DNA of 64,000 nt from a bacterium (lineage in GTDB: Bacteria; Cyanobacteriota; Vampirovibrionia; Gastranaerophilales; JBAXKC01). The translations under genes and the position numbers were made by a program. Every line of letters starts with the position of its first letter. Within the stretch, counting starts at the first letter, position 1. A model generated the notes under the pieces. That model was not told the DNA's origin. It worked only from the letters and a program-made list of their open reading frames with translations, and made no database searches. Positions 1 to 13,391 of this stretch are shown here, piece after piece. The DNA lies in contig JBAXKC010000002.1 of NCBI GenBank assembly GCA_037137535.1, positions 32,001 through 96,000 of the forward strand, read 5' to 3'.

Positions 1-1603
1 TATGATTAGTTAACCAATCTTTAAGAAAATCTAAGAACTTATCATCAACTTCTAATGAACGACTTTCAAAGCCATTCATGAATCGCTTTAAGTCAGCTAA
101 TAACTTAGTATGCTCGTCTATTTGTTGTGGCAATTGAGGGTAATCATATTTTTTCATTAATATTTGCTCATCAGCAAAGTGAACCCTTGTAATTTCATAT
201 AGTTCTGCAAGTATATTCGATAAATAAGAGCGACTTTCTTTACTCAAATAGCCCTGATATAGTTTGTTAATATGATTAACAATCATAAAGTGTTGATAGT
301 CAATTTCAACAACATGCGTAAATAAACTACTATTCCAAAAGAAAATAACTGGATCATCATCAACCTTAAAGATTGATGAATTGACATTTAAATTTCGTGC
401 TAAAAGCATTACATCATTAGCGTTTGACTCTACCATCGATACACCAGCCGAATGTTCTTCAGTAGATGCAGCCATTTCTTCAGCGGCGGCTGCATTGCTT
501 TCTGTAACACTTGAAACATTTTTCATAGCTTCATTTACAGCTGTATTTTTTTGAACTAAGCCAATAATTTCATTGTCGATTTTATTTGCTTCTTTATCTA
601 TAATCTGAGATTGCAAATAAATTTTTTCAAAATTTTCTTTAATTAAATTAAAGGCCTTAACTCCATCATCGACTTTGACTAGACCATTTTTAGTAGATAC
701 AACGGATTTATCTGATTCAACTTGAATTTTCTGAACCATTTCTTTAATTTGAGTCGCAGAATCAGCTGTTCTTTCTGCCAATTTTTTTACTTCTTCAGCT
801 ACAACAGCAAAACCTTTACCTTCTTGTCCTGCTCTTGCTGCCTCAATTGCTGCGTTTAATGCGAGTAAATTGGTTTGATTTGCAATACTTGTGATTAAAT
901 CTACTATTGCATTAATTTCATTAGCTAATCCTCCCAATGTTTGTATTTGATTAGCTGTTAATTCACTTGAAACTTTAATATCATTAACTTTACTTAGTGC
1001 TGTTTCAATATCAGATTTACTACTTAAAGCAATATGTAAAAAATCAGCAGCAATTTTGTTTATAGTCTTGATTTCATCATTTATCACTTCTGATACATTT
1101 GTAATTTCACGAATATTAGAACTACAATCATTTATATCATTAACTTGGAGAGAAGCACCTTCTGCTAATTGCTCTACTGTTTTCGCAACTTCAAATGCAA
1201 TATACGCAGAATTCTCAGAATATTTTTTTAAATTAGTACCTGCATTGTATAAAGTTGATGTGCCGCTATTTAGCTGAACAACTAAATTTCTTACAACACT
1301 GGCAACATCATAGGCAGATTCATAGACTTTAGACAAAAAACCAAAAGAGCTGGAGTTTTGATTAAAATTCAATTGACTGAAATCACCTTTTTTCATTTTA
1401 TCAAGTGATTTATTTAATTTATCAATTGGTTCAACAATTTTATTGTTAATTAAATATGTAGTGGATGCAGCTAATACAAGACCAGAACCTAAACTAGCTA
1501 TAAAGAATTTATCAGGGCCAAGAATGCTACTTATTGCAAACGGAACGCTAAATATTGCAAAACTGGCAGAAAATATTAAAATATTATTTTTTAATTTCAT
1601 CAT
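1..1603 (-). CDS. Methyl-accepting chemotaxis protein with C-terminal hemerythrin domain (3' end runs off window)
   Basis: Not in the ORF track; translated by hand from ATG 1603 (or 1600), GGAG RBS at 1607-1610. Two N-terminal TM segments, MCP hairpin [37 protein letters not shown], then hemerythrin motifs [32 protein letters not shown]. No stop before position 1. Confidence 0.92.
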   Translation of the reverse strand, partial: MMKLKNNILIFSASFAIFSVPFAISSILGPDKFFIASLGSGLVLAASTTYLINNKIVEPIDKLNKSLDKMKKGDFSQLNFNQNSSSFGFLSKVYESAYDVASVVRNLVVQLNSGTSTLYNAGTNLKKYSENSAYIAFEVAKTVEQLAEGASLQVNDINDCSSNIREITNVSEVINDEIKTINKIAADFLHIALSSKSDIETALSKVNDIKVSSELTANQIQTLGGLANEINAIVDLITSIANQTNLLALNAAIEAARAGQEGKGFAVVAEEVKKLAERTADSATQIKEMVQKIQVESDKSVVSTKNGLVKVDDGVKAFNLIKENFEKIYLQSQIIDKEANKIDNEIIGLVQKNTAVNEAMKNVSSVTESNAAAAEEMAASTEEHSAGVSMVESNANDVMLLARNLNVNSSIFKVDDDPVIFFWNSSLFTHVVEIDYQHFMIVNHINKLYQGYLSKESRSYLSNILAELYEITRVHFADEQILMKKYDYPQLPQQIDEHTKLLADLKRFMNGFESRSLEVDDKFLDFLKDWLTNH

Positions 1604-1674
1604 AAACTCCACTAAAGCTAAAACAGTTAAATATCTCACTATATTAATAATATCTCATTTTTTTAATAAACTGT

Positions 1675-2391
1675 CTATTGTTTTTTTAATATTCCCGCAG
1701 GAATAAGTTTATAACCACCGCCATAAATTGTTTCTATGTATTTTTTTTCAGCGCAGGCTTTTTCCATTTTAGATCTTAAGTGTCTAATATGAACTCTTAT
1801 TGTTTCTATATCGTCCTCTTGAGAATACCCCCAAATATCTTTTAATAATACTCCTGCTGGAACAGCTTGCCCATGTTTTTGAACAAGCGCATTTAGTATT
1901 TCATATTCAATTGGAGTTAATTTGATTTTTGTTCCAGTAATATCAGCTGATAAAGTTTCAGGTAATAAAGTAACATCTCCAATCATTAAAATCTCAGGAG
2001 TTAATAAAGATTCAGGTAAATTTTTTGTTCTGCGTAATAGAGCCAATACCCTTAATTTTAGCTCTTCAATATCAAAAGGTTTAACTAAATAATCATCAGC
2101 ACCAGAGGTAAAACCTTGAGATTTATCCTTAATTTCACCCAATGCAGTCAGCATTAATATACCAACATTTTTTGTTGTTTCATTTTGCCTTAATCGTTGA
2201 GTTACCGTAAAACCATCGACTTCCGGCATCATTACATCAACAATTATTAAATTAGGAATTTCCTGCTTTGCTAACGCCATGCCTTTTATTCCGTCAGGAG
2301 CAGTTATTACATCATGACCGCTAAGTTCAAGATTTATTTTAATCAGCTCAACTATAAAAGGATCATCATCAATAACAAGAACTTTACTCAT
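1675..2391 (-). CDS. rpaA: OmpR-family response regulator, RpaA-like
   Basis: Receiver plus winged helix. Motifs DGIKG, VDGFTV-QRLR, LMLTALG and WGYxxxDDIETIRVHIRHLR match cyanobacterial RpaA as recalled. Confidence 0.85.
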   Translation of the reverse strand: MSKVLVIDDDPFIVELIKINLELSGHDVITAPDGIKGMALAKQEIPNLIIVDVMMPEVDGFTVTQRLRQNETTKNVGILMLTALGEIKDKSQGFTSGADDYLVKPFDIEELKLRVLALLRRTKNLPESLLTPEILMIGDVTLLPETLSADITGTKIKLTPIEYEILNALVQKHGQAVPAGVLLKDIWGYSQEDDIETIRVHIRHLRSKMEKACAEKKYIETIYGGGYKLIPAGILKKQ

Positions 2392-2511
2392 TATTTTTCC
2401 TCAAGAAGTTAGTAATAAACGCGTAAAAATCAAATAAGTCTTAATTTTATTAGTAAAATAATAAATATATTATAGTAAATCTTTTATATTAATCAACTTA
2501 TTACTTATAAA

Positions 2512-3864
2512 TTACCCTATTAAATCACAAGATTTTTTATTTCCTTTTTGATGAAAAAATCCAGAAAAAGAAATGTTTTTAGTTTTATTTTTAATATATT
2601 TTGCCATTGCTAAAGGGGCAGAAAAAGATGTTCCCCAAACCTTACCAACAGATTGTCGCCCTGAACCATCCGGATCATAAACCAATTCATCATCTTTAAG
2701 TTTAAAAGCACGAGTAAAAGTAGCATTGACATATTCTCCCTCGTCCTTAATCTGATCTAATGCATCATTTGACTCGGGGAAAAGATTTTTCACTAAAGTG
2801 ATTGGAAAAACTTTTTTATTTTGACCTTTATCAACTTTATCTTCATCAAAGCAAATACCTACTGTATAATCATCTATGTCTTTTTCTCTTTTAATTAATT
2901 CGACTCTATTCAACATTTCTACAAGTTCTTCATAATCATTATCATTCGCAACAATAGAAGATGATGGCTTATTCGTATAATCAGATACTTCTGATTTATT
3001 ACCGCTTGTCATATAGACAGGAATGGTGATTTTACCCTTACCTAGTAAATCAAATCCTTGAATAATATTATTTTTATTTTTTATTGGAGTAACATTAAAA
3101 ATACCTTGTTGAAACTCTGTCATTAAAGTGTTATCAGCACTAAACGGAGCTAAATTTCCATTATAATCTGTAGCACCAATTGTTTGGACATTTCTCGCCA
3201 ATGAATATAAGTTAAAATATTCTTCACCTGAATTGCCAGCACTTAAAAATACAGGTATTTTTTTATCTGAACAAGTAATTCTTTCGATAGCTTTAATTAC
3301 TTTTGATACTTTTAAAAATTCTTCGTTTAATTTTGCAGTAGAGCCTGGTGATTGAATTTCCATGATTGCAGACATTTTTAAAGCAATTTTTGGATTAAAC
3401 ATCCAATCTCTCATCTCTTCTTTATGATTAATGACATTACAAGAATCAATTTTTTTATCCATTAAATCCCCTATTAAAGATAGTTTCATATCTTTAGAGA
3501 TAGAAATACTCACTGCATCAACTTTTTGACCTTTATCAATCAAATCAGCGGCTTCATTAATTTTTTCTGCTAATTTATCTATTTCAATGGAATAAGCTTC
3601 ATTTGTTGGTATTTTAATTGCAATTACACGAAGTGAACCAACTTCAGCTTGTGCCATTTTTCTACACATTGTTAAGTGTGAAACATCTGGAATATTATCG
3701 CCATCAACATCAACTACTTTATTGATTTTATCGTCTATAATCATAGCGACAGGTATATTGTCTTGCTTTAATACATTATCCTTAGATTGCTTATTTGAAG
3801 TAAATCTTACTGATGTTTTCGCATTATTACATAAATCAAGATTATGAAGCCCCGACATTATCAT
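2512..3864 (-). CDS. Divergent S8 (subtilase)-like serine peptidase with N-terminal extension
   Basis: Candidate triad VAMIIDD, SHLTMC, WGTSFSAP; oxyanion motif LSAGNSG; TIGATD..G.LAPFS. No Sec signal peptide. Confidence 0.7.
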   Translation of the reverse strand: MIMSGLHNLDLCNNAKTSVRFTSNKQSKDNVLKQDNIPVAMIIDDKINKVVDVDGDNIPDVSHLTMCRKMAQAEVGSLRVIAIKIPTNEAYSIEIDKLAEKINEAADLIDKGQKVDAVSISISKDMKLSLIGDLMDKKIDSCNVINHKEEMRDWMFNPKIALKMSAIMEIQSPGSTAKLNEEFLKVSKVIKAIERITCSDKKIPVFLSAGNSGEEYFNLYSLARNVQTIGATDYNGNLAPFSADNTLMTEFQQGIFNVTPIKNKNNIIQGFDLLGKGKITIPVYMTSGNKSEVSDYTNKPSSSIVANDNDYEELVEMLNRVELIKREKDIDDYTVGICFDEDKVDKGQNKKVFPITLVKNLFPESNDALDQIKDEGEYVNATFTRAFKLKDDELVYDPDGSGRQSVGKVWGTSFSAPLAMAKYIKNKTKNISFSGFFHQKGNKKSCDLIG

Positions 3865-3897
3865 TATTCTATTCCTTTGTTATCTCATGACCCAATA

Positions 3898-3922
3898 GTG
3901 TATCTTTTACAATAATACTTAA
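3898..3922 (-). promoter_or_regulatory. TTAAG-N13-GATACAC element upstream of the subtilase-like gene
   Basis: Identical bipartite motif and spacing also at 18473-18497 upstream of the 1147-aa gene. Confidence 0.45.
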
Positions 3923-3988
3923 AATAGAAATATTTTGATATTATTTATTAAGAATATTAAGATCACTTATAAAGATAAAATAAATAGA

Positions 3989-6900
3989 TTAACTTTTTAA
4001 TTTGCAGAAGTATTCTTCTATTTCTTTTAATAACATATCGCAAAGAAATAAATCATTAATTTTAGCAGCCTTTTCTAGGTTTAAAGCCAGTTCACTTAAT
4101 TTATGGATTCTTAAATTACCACTAGAGCCTTTCATTAAATGAGCTTTAGAATAGATAAGATCAAAATCTTTATTATTAATTCCTTCTGTAATGTCATTAA
4201 TTATTATTGATAGTTCTTCAAAGTATTCTTTAAACAAATCTTCAGATTCTTCTTGTGAAAAACCAATTTGTTGAATGAACTCAGTAATTATTGAACTAAT
4301 AGAAGTTATAATTTCAGTACTATTCGAATTTAATTCTGATGTGGGTAAATATTTATTTATTAAGTTTATTAATTTAACTTGATCTATTGGCTTTGAACTA
4401 TAATCATCCATTCCTGCTGATAAACACTTTTCTATATCACCATCAAGCACATGCGCAGTTAATGCAATAATAGGTATATGTAAATTAGTGTCAGATATAA
4501 TTTGATTGGCACTTTCAATATCTCTAATACTTCTTGTTGCGTCATAGCCATCTAAAATAGGCATTTGGCAATCCATTAAAATCAAATCATAATTATTATC
4601 ATTATACATTTTTACGGCTTCCTCTCCATTAGAAGCAATATCACATATAAATCCTGCATTATTTAAAATCTTTTTAGTTAATTTTTGATTAGTTATATTA
4701 TCTTCTACTAGCAATAATTTAAAATTACTATTTAATTTATTATCGAGAATAACGCTATTATGAAGAGTTTCATCAGGTTTATAGCCTCTCTGTTCTATTG
4801 AGGTCTCAAAAATAAGAGCAGTACATTCTATTAATTCTTTTTTTCTTATTGGTTTTGTAAGATAACCACTAAAGCCAGCTTGCTTAATTAAGTTCACATC
4901 GCCTCTATTAGCAATTGATGTAATTAGAACTTGAGGAATATATTCAAAGTCATCAATCGATCTTATATTTGAAGATAATTCATTTACATCTATATCAGGC
5001 ATTAGGTAATCCAATAAAATAATATCAATTTTAGACTTAGATTTTAATATATCTATTGCATTATCTCTATTAGTGGCTTGATATACATTACAACCTGCTT
5101 CTTTTAAATAATATTTAGCTACTTTCAAATTTGTTTCATTATCATCAATAATAAGTACATTAACATTTTCAAGAGATTTTTGTTTCAATACATTTGGACT
5201 TACATCATTCTTTTTAAATCTTGCAGTAAAGCTAAATATTGAACCTTTACCCTCATAGCTAGATACGCTAATATCTCCATCCATCATTTCAACTATTTTC
5301 TTAGAAATAGTCAAGCCTAATCCAGTACCACCATACTTTCTAGTTTTAGATGCATCTGCCTGAGTAAAAGATTCAAAGATTAAATCAAGCTTATCTTTGG
5401 AAATACCTATACCTGTGTCTGAAACATCAAATTTTAAATAAATGTATTCACTGCTTTCCGTATGTTTTTTTACGTTTATTAATATTTCACCGTTACTCGT
5501 AAATTTAACAGAATTATTAACTAAATTATTTAAAACCTGCTTTAATCGCCCTGGGTCTCCACATAGTTTATCTGGAACATCTGAGTGAATTAATGCGTTA
5601 ATTTCAATACCTTTTGTATAAGCACTTGAAGTAGATAATACAGCGACATCTTCAACCGTTGCTCTAACGTCGAAATCTATTGACTCCATTGTCATTTTAC
5701 CTGCTTCAATTTTAGAAAAATCTAATATGTCATTTATAATTGACAATAAAGATTCAGAAGACTTTTTAGCCTCAGCAATAAAGTCCATTTGCTCTTCGTC
5801 AAGTGGTGTATCAGCTAAAAGATTAATAAAACCAATAACACCATTCATAGGTGTTCTAATTTCATGACTCATATTAGCCAAAAATTCACTTTTTGTTATA
5901 TTAGCTAATTCAGCTTGCTCTTTTGCATTTATTATTTGACGCTCTACATTTTTTCTTATAGTAATATCATTAGCTAAACCTGCTGTACCTATAATATTTC
6001 CATTATTATCTTTAATCGGTGATTTGAATGTTTCAAACCAAATTAGACCATCAACAGTTTTAATAGTTTCTTCTATTGTCTTATGTATATCTAAATTTAT
6101 AACTTCACTATCATCAGCAATATACTTTTCGGCTAGATCTTTTGGCCAAATATCAAAATCAGTACAGCCGATAATTTCATTAATCTCTCTATTGCAAGAT
6201 TTTGCAAAGTTATCATTTACTATTATAAATTTACCATCTTTGTCTTTAATCCAAGCCAGAAAAGGTATATTGTCAAGCATAGCATTCAGTTGAGCCTGTT
6301 TTTTCATTAGCTCTAATTCATTAAGTTTTTGCTCAGTTATATCAATTATAGTTTCAACAGCACCTACAACTTCATTGTTTTTATCAAAAACAGGTTCAGC
6401 AGAAACGATAACATATTTTCCATTTTCAGTTAGTCTTTCTTCTCTTGACGAAGCTTTTGTCTTAAATGCTTTAACCACAGGACAATTTCTACATTTATCC
6501 TCAATATTATGTCGTAAATAACAATATTTATTAACAACTTCTTCATTTTTTCTATCAAATAATTTTTCAGATGCATTATTTGTCCATCTAACTATCATAT
6601 CTTTATCGATATAAGATATTACTTCAGAAATATTATTTAAGATCATATTTTTTTCTTTTTCTGAATTAAATAACTGATCTTCTATTAGTTTTTTATCAGT
6701 AATATCTCTTACTATACCTAATAGACCAATAATTTCATTATCAAAGTTATATAACGGAGCTTTTAATATATCAAGCAGGGCTTTTTTTCCATCATAATGA
6801 AACCACTCTTCATTATTTATTGCATGTTTTTCTTGCAATACAACCATATCACCAGATTTACAAATATCAGCTGATTCTTTATCCATTAATTCATAATCAG

Positions 6901-8074
6901 TATAACCAACTATATTATCCTTATTTTTACTCATAATTAATTCAAATTGTTTATTACAACCTAAATAAGAACCATTAAAATCTTTAAAAAATATTGCATC
7001 AGGTATTGAGTTCAATAAACCCTCTAATAACAATGTCTTTTCTTCCAGAATTTTATTAGTTTTAATGGCCTTATATCTTGATAGAAATAAAAATAAACAT
7101 AATATGGCTAAGTTGAAAAATATAAAATAAATTACGGTTATTAATCTATTTATACCTTTATAAGCAGTATTAGAAGGTATAATAATAACCAAATGGTAAC
7201 TATCTGACAAATGTGAAATTATTGCTTCTTTTAAAACATTATTCTCTTTATAATCTTGAAGTTCATCAATTTTTTTATCAATAAGACCATGTTGCTTTGG
7301 GAGTAAATGATTTAGGACCTCTTTATTAAGATTGGAATTTCCATTTTGATTAGCTGAAGCAATATTGGTATAATTTTTACCTATTAAAAATAAGTCAGAA
7401 GCATTATATTTTGCTTTTAGTTCTTTTAATAAAGGCGTTAGATTACTAATTGCAATATCTATACCAGCTACACCTAATAAAACATTATTAATATATATAG
7501 GCTTAGAATAAGTAATCATCGGTATTTTTATATCAGGATCACTATATAAATCGCTCCATATACCTTTTTTAGCTTTTATTGCCTCAAAATAATATGTATC
7601 TTCTTTAGGTGTAAGTCTAGTACTATCCCCATAAGTTTTACTAATTTTATTATTTTTTTTAGTAAACCAAGTATAGTGGTCAGGTTTATTATTTGTCAAT
7701 TGAGGGTTAACTTGAAACCAAACACCTTCAGTCCAAGGAGTATTTTTAGCTATAACATAAATAAATGGTGTTATTTCAGATAAATATTTATCAATATAGT
7801 CCCTATCTTTTATTTTACTTTTATCAAATGAGTTCTCAATATAGTTTGATAATAAAATATTATTATTTTCTACGTTTTTTACTACATCATTTAAAATAGT
7901 AAGTGATGTTCTTGCTTTTATATTGTGCATTAAAGTGTTTTTCATTGTTCTGATAACTATATCAGTACTTTTTATCGCAAATAAAAAAGTCCCTAATAAA
8001 AGAGATATAGTAAATAATAATGAAATAGTAAGTTTCAAGTATTTTTTATCTATTAATTTATTTGTTATATTCAT
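3989..8074 (-). CDS. Hybrid sensor histidine kinase (Cache-like, TM, 3 PAS, HisKA, HATPase, 2 receivers, HPt)
   Basis: [28 protein letters not shown], receivers LLDYLMP and LMDCQMP, HPt [11 protein letters not shown], Cache-type WSDLY..ITYSKPI. Confidence 0.95.
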   Translation of the reverse strand: MNITNKLIDKKYLKLTISLLFTISLLLGTFLFAIKSTDIVIRTMKNTLMHNIKARTSLTILNDVVKNVENNNILLSNYIENSFDKSKIKDRDYIDKYLSEITPFIYVIAKNTPWTEGVWFQVNPQLTNNKPDHYTWFTKKNNKISKTYGDSTRLTPKEDTYYFEAIKAKKGIWSDLYSDPDIKIPMITYSKPIYINNVLLGVAGIDIAISNLTPLLKELKAKYNASDLFLIGKNYTNIASANQNGNSNLNKEVLNHLLPKQHGLIDKKIDELQDYKENNVLKEAIISHLSDSYHLVIIIPSNTAYKGINRLITVIYFIFFNLAILCLFLFLSRYKAIKTNKILEEKTLLLEGLLNSIPDAIFFKDFNGSYLGCNKQFELIMSKNKDNIVGYTDYELMDKESADICKSGDMVVLQEKHAINNEEWFHYDGKKALLDILKAPLYNFDNEIIGLLGIVRDITDKKLIEDQLFNSEKEKNMILNNISEVISYIDKDMIVRWTNNASEKLFDRKNEEVVNKYCYLRHNIEDKCRNCPVVKAFKTKASSREERLTENGKYVIVSAEPVFDKNNEVVGAVETIIDITEQKLNELELMKKQAQLNAMLDNIPFLAWIKDKDGKFIIVNDNFAKSCNREINEIIGCTDFDIWPKDLAEKYIADDSEVINLDIHKTIEETIKTVDGLIWFETFKSPIKDNNGNIIGTAGLANDITIRKNVERQIINAKEQAELANITKSEFLANMSHEIRTPMNGVIGFINLLADTPLDEEQMDFIAEAKKSSESLLSIINDILDFSKIEAGKMTMESIDFDVRATVEDVAVLSTSSAYTKGIEINALIHSDVPDKLCGDPGRLKQVLNNLVNNSVKFTSNGEILINVKKHTESSEYIYLKFDVSDTGIGISKDKLDLIFESFTQADASKTRKYGGTGLGLTISKKIVEMMDGDISVSSYEGKGSIFSFTARFKKNDVSPNVLKQKSLENVNVLIIDDNETNLKVAKYYLKEAGCNVYQATNRDNAIDILKSKSKIDIILLDYLMPDIDVNELSSNIRSIDDFEYIPQVLITSIANRGDVNLIKQAGFSGYLTKPIRKKELIECTALIFETSIEQRGYKPDETLHNSVILDNKLNSNFKLLLVEDNITNQKLTKKILNNAGFICDIASNGEEAVKMYNDNNYDLILMDCQMPILDGYDATRSIRDIESANQIISDTNLHIPIIALTAHVLDGDIEKCLSAGMDDYSSKPIDQVKLINLINKYLPTSELNSNSTEIITSISSIITEFIQQIGFSQEESEDLFKEYFEELSIIINDITEGINNKDFDLIYSKAHLMKGSSGNLRIHKLSELALNLEKAAKINDLFLCDMLLKEIEEYFCKLKS

Positions 8075-8101
8075 ACACTTAATTGCTCCTAATATAAAGC
8101 A

Positions 8102-9626
<1,525 letters not shown>

Positions 9627-9627
9627 A

Positions 9628-10026
9628 TTATTCCTTAATCAGATTAAATTCTACTAACTTTTGAATGAGTTTTTCTTTGACGATTGGCTTAACAATATAA
9701 GCTTCACATTGTGATCTAAAGGCTTTTTTAATATTATCAGAGTCATCTAGAGCAGTTGTCATTATAACCTTTGTACCATCAAGATCATATTTGCCTTTTT
9801 CTTTTTCTATTTCTCTTATTTTATCAAGTGCAGTATGACCATCCATTTCAGGCATCATAATATCAAGACAAATGAGGTCATAAGCATCCCATTCATCCAA
9901 TGCAAACTTTACCGCTTCTACTGCTTCTACTCCGTTAACTGCTACATCACATTGACCATAAGCAGAAAGATATTTTATAAGAATTTTCCTGTTTACAAAG
10001 TCATCATCGACAATTAATATTTTCAT
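9628..10026 (-). CDS. Single-domain response regulator (CheY-like)
   Basis: ILIVDDD, LDIMMP, YIVKP; inside the che operon. Confidence 0.9.
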   Translation of the reverse strand: MKILIVDDDFVNRKILIKYLSAYGQCDVAVNGVEAVEAVKFALDEWDAYDLICLDIMMPEMDGHTALDKIREIEKEKGKYDLDGTKVIMTTALDDSDNIKKAFRSQCEAYIVKPIVKEKLIQKLVEFNLIKE

Positions 10027-10035
10027 ATTTTACTC

Positions 10036-10851
10036 CTATAAAATGTTTTTTAAGTATACAGTCGGTTGAACATATTCGAATTTATATTGCTTTTGATTAA
10101 GACTTTCTGAATGACCAATAAATAAAAGGCCCCCACCTGTAAGCACATTGTAAAACTTCTTTATAAGTTGTTCTTGAGTCTCAAAATTAAAATATATCAT
10201 TACATTTCTACAAAAAATAATGTCAAAAGTATTTTGAAAGGGAAAATGATCCATTAAGTTAAAGGTCCTAAAAGTTATTAATTGCTTTAACTCAGGAACT
10301 ACAGCGTATTCATCCCCGACACGAGTAAAATATTTTCCAAGAAAATATGGATTAATCATATCTTCAGGATCTAGTTTATAAGTAGCTTTTTGTGCTTTTT
10401 CTATTATACCTGCGCTGACATCTGTTGCTAAAATTTTAATATTAATACCTGGTGGTAAATATTCTTTTAAAACAATTGCCAAAGTATAAGCCTCTTTTCC
10501 ATTAGAACAAGCAGACGACCATACTCTTATTTCATTGTTTCTTAGTATTCTAGGATTTTTTTTAAAAATAGAATCAAGTTTATTTCTAATAAATTCAAAA
10601 TGGTTATCTTCTCTAAAGAAATTAGTTTTATGAATTGTAATCTCATCAACAAATTGAGACCAATGAATACTTTTAGAGTTATTGATAAGAAACGTATAAT
10701 ATTCCTGATAAGTTTCTATGTTAAGCGCTCTCATCAATTTACCGACTTTTGACTGAACCATTTCACGCTTTGCTTCACTTATATGAATACCTAACTTATC
10801 ATATATAAGCATTTTGAAGTTATCAAATTGTTTATCTTTTAGTTTTTCCAA
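10036..10851 (-). CDS. cheR: Chemotaxis methyltransferase CheR (TTG start)
   Basis: TNFFRE, WSSACSNG, DIIFCRNVMIYF, GHSESL. Confidence 0.96.
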   Translation of the reverse strand: MEKLKDKQFDNFKMLIYDKLGIHISEAKREMVQSKVGKLMRALNIETYQEYYTFLINNSKSIHWSQFVDEITIHKTNFFREDNHFEFIRNKLDSIFKKNPRILRNNEIRVWSSACSNGKEAYTLAIVLKEYLPPGINIKILATDVSAGIIEKAQKATYKLDPEDMINPYFLGKYFTRVGDEYAVVPELKQLITFRTFNLMDHFPFQNTFDIIFCRNVMIYFNFETQEQLIKKFYNVLTGGGLLFIGHSESLNQKQYKFEYVQPTVYLKNIL

Positions 10852-10883
10852 AATTTTCTCACTTTATAAATAAAATTAAATAG

Positions 10884-10911
10884 CTGACAGGGCAATATAA
10901 TGCCCTGTCAG
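10884..10911 (-). terminator. Intra-operon stem-loop between MCP and cheR
   Basis: Perfect 11-bp stem CTGACAGGGCA/TGCCCTGTCAG, 6-nt loop, followed by T-rich sequence on the minus strand. Confidence 0.7.
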
Positions 10912-10924
10912 AATACTTTTATTA

Positions 10925-12901
10925 TTAGAAGCCTTGCATATCATCTTCTAAAGGAATTACATCTTCAGGTCTAACTGTTTTTGTAGTTTTATTAGATGCA
11001 AAACTATTATTAGAAATTCTTCTGTTAATATTCGGAATTACTTTTCTTTGAAAAGATCTATCAGAAAGTGCAATTTGAGCTTGTTCCTGAATAGCGTTTG
11101 CGCCATTAACAAGTTGAACCAGAGAATTAACAATCTCTTTCATATTAACAGACTGTGAAGATAATTCTTCTGATGCTGAGGCACTTTCTTCAGCCGTTGA
11201 TGCATTAGATTGAACAACTTGTTCCATTTGTGAAATTGCTTTATTAATTTGAGCAATACCTTGAGCTTGTTCTTGACTTGCTGCTGCAACTTCGTCAAGA
11301 AGTTCACTAACTTTTTGAGCTTGATCATTAATTTCCGCTAATGATTCATTTACGTTTCTTGAAACATTAACACCCTGTTCTGATAAATGAATATTGCTTT
11401 CAATAATTTCAGCAGTGTCTTTAGCAGCTTGAGCACTTCTTTGAGCAAGATTTCTAACTTCTTCGGCAACTACTGCAAAGCCCATACCTGCTTCACCTGC
11501 TCTGGCTGCTTCAACAGCAGCGTTTAATGCAAGAATATTTGTTTGGAAAGCAATTTCATCAATTACTTTAATAATTTTAGCAATTTGATCACTTGATTTT
11601 TTAAGCTCTGCCATAGAAGTCATCATTTCTTGCATTTCATTATTGCCTTTGCTTGCTGCATCTTTGGCATGTTTTGCAAGAATAGCAGCTTGTTTAGTAT
11701 TTTCTGTATTTTGACGAACCATTGATGCAGATTGTTCTAGAGTTGATGATGTTTCTTGAATAGAAGCGGCCTGCTCAGCACTACCTTCTGCAAGTTGTTG
11801 GCTTGATGCCGATAATTGACCTGATGCCGAAGACACTTGGCTTGCACTTTCATTTAAGCCGTCAACAATTCTATTAATAGGTTTGGTTATGCCAATAACA
11901 ATCACCCAAGCTAAGAATGAACCAAGACCGACAGCTGCAATTAATCCAATTATCATTAATCCTGATGAAGCTGCAAGGGCAATAGCTGAACTTGAAGCAG
12001 AACCTTGTGTTGCTTTCATACCGACTTCAGCCGTATCTTTTGCTGCAGCTAATACTAAATCTGCCGTTTCACTGCGTTTTTTACTAATTTCCTGTAATTT
12101 TAACCATTTATCTAAAAATGAATTCATTGTTTCTTTGTAAACAGCTCCTGCCACTTTGTTTTTTGCTATTTGTGATTGCTCAAAAGCTGAGTTATTGAAT
12201 TGTTCGAGTTGCGCAAGTTTTGAAGAAATTGTATCAAAGTTTTTATTTGTATCTCTAATAATTTGAGGATTACGTTCCGCTTGGGATTTAAAAGTATCTC
12301 TTATAATCCAATTACCTGAGTCAATTAAATCATTAACAATACCAGCTTTTTGTGAGAATTCTTTAATTTTAGCTGTCTTACCTGATGCAATTCCTTTTTT
12401 TATTTCAGTATTTTGAAGAGCAAGATAATCATAACAAGTTTTCATATAATCAGCTGCAGATTGATTTAACTTATTTTGATCTTCGTTCATTGCCTTAATT
12501 GTACTTTCTGTATCATTAAGGTGTTGTATATACTCATCAACTTTAGTCTGCGCTTTAGCAGCATTCGCTTTTAAATCACTAAGATCAGAATATTTACTAC
12601 CTAATTCTGTTGCATCTTTTAAATAAGAATTTAATTTTTCCAAACCTTTTCTAGCTTCATCAAGATATTTTGTATCGTAAGTAAATCCATAACTTCTAGC
12701 TGCCAGCATAATAGAAAGTGATGTTCTTTCAACGTTATTTGCTACCGCAACAGAAGGAACATATTCATTTGCTAATTTACCTGATTGTATTTGTGCATTT
12801 TTCATTGCTAAAACACAAAAAGTGCCTAAAACTACAGAAATGAGTAGAATGGCTGCAAAGCCTGCAGATATTTTAAAACCTAATTTCATATTATTAAACA
12901 T
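10925..12901 (-). CDS. Methyl-accepting chemotaxis protein (2 TM, helical periplasmic domain)
   Basis: [39 protein letters not shown]-terminal pentapeptide-like tail DMQGF. Confidence 0.97.
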   Translation of the reverse strand: MFNNMKLGFKISAGFAAILLISVVLGTFCVLAMKNAQIQSGKLANEYVPSVAVANNVERTSLSIMLAARSYGFTYDTKYLDEARKGLEKLNSYLKDATELGSKYSDLSDLKANAAKAQTKVDEYIQHLNDTESTIKAMNEDQNKLNQSAADYMKTCYDYLALQNTEIKKGIASGKTAKIKEFSQKAGIVNDLIDSGNWIIRDTFKSQAERNPQIIRDTNKNFDTISSKLAQLEQFNNSAFEQSQIAKNKVAGAVYKETMNSFLDKWLKLQEISKKRSETADLVLAAAKDTAEVGMKATQGSASSSAIALAASSGLMIIGLIAAVGLGSFLAWVIVIGITKPINRIVDGLNESASQVSSASGQLSASSQQLAEGSAEQAASIQETSSTLEQSASMVRQNTENTKQAAILAKHAKDAASKGNNEMQEMMTSMAELKKSSDQIAKIIKVIDEIAFQTNILALNAAVEAARAGEAGMGFAVVAEEVRNLAQRSAQAAKDTAEIIESNIHLSEQGVNVSRNVNESLAEINDQAQKVSELLDEVAAASQEQAQGIAQINKAISQMEQVVQSNASTAEESASASEELSSQSVNMKEIVNSLVQLVNGANAIQEQAQIALSDRSFQRKVIPNINRRISNNSFASNKTTKTVRPEDVIPLEDDMQGF

Positions 12902-13391
12902 TCACTAAACCCACTTTCGTCTCACTACCTAATAAGCTAACTATTTCATCACAATTTATTATTGTTTCAATATTGAGAAGCATTACAACCTTACCTTTAA
13001 CTTTACCGAGTCCTGTTAAAAAACCTGTTTCAATCTTAGTGCTTCCATATTGTGGTGGTGGTTCTATCTCAGAAGATTGAATATTTACAACCTCTGATAC
13101 AGTATCAACGACAATACCCATAAGCCGTTTAAACTGATTAATATTTACTTCAACAACAATAATACATGTCCGTTCGTTATAATCTTTTTCAGACATTTTA
13201 AATTTGAGGCGTAAGTCCATAATAGGGATAATTTTGCCCCTTAAATTTATTACACCTTTAATAAATTCAGGGGTTTGCGGTACATGAGTAATTTCCATCA
13301 ATCCAATAATCTCTTTGACTTTGAGAATAGGAATTCCATATTCCTCATTGCCCAGCGAGAAAGTTAGATGTTTTCCATCTTGAATTTCCAC
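12894..13391 (-). CDS. cheW: CheW adaptor (GTG start)
   Basis: [38 protein letters not shown]. Confidence 0.97.
   Translation of the reverse strand: MEIQDGKHLTFSLGNEEYGIPILKVKEIIGLMEITHVPQTPEFIKGVINLRGKIIPIMDLRLKFKMSEKDYNERTCIIVVEVNINQFKRLMGIVVDTVSEVVNIQSSEIEPPPQYGSTKIETGFLTGLGKVKGKVVMLLNIETIINCDEIVSLLGSETKVGLVNV

Noticed and set aside
1056-1706. Plus-strand ORFs 1056-1277 and 1443-1706
   Set aside because: Antisense shadows of the minus-strand MCP-hemerythrin gene.
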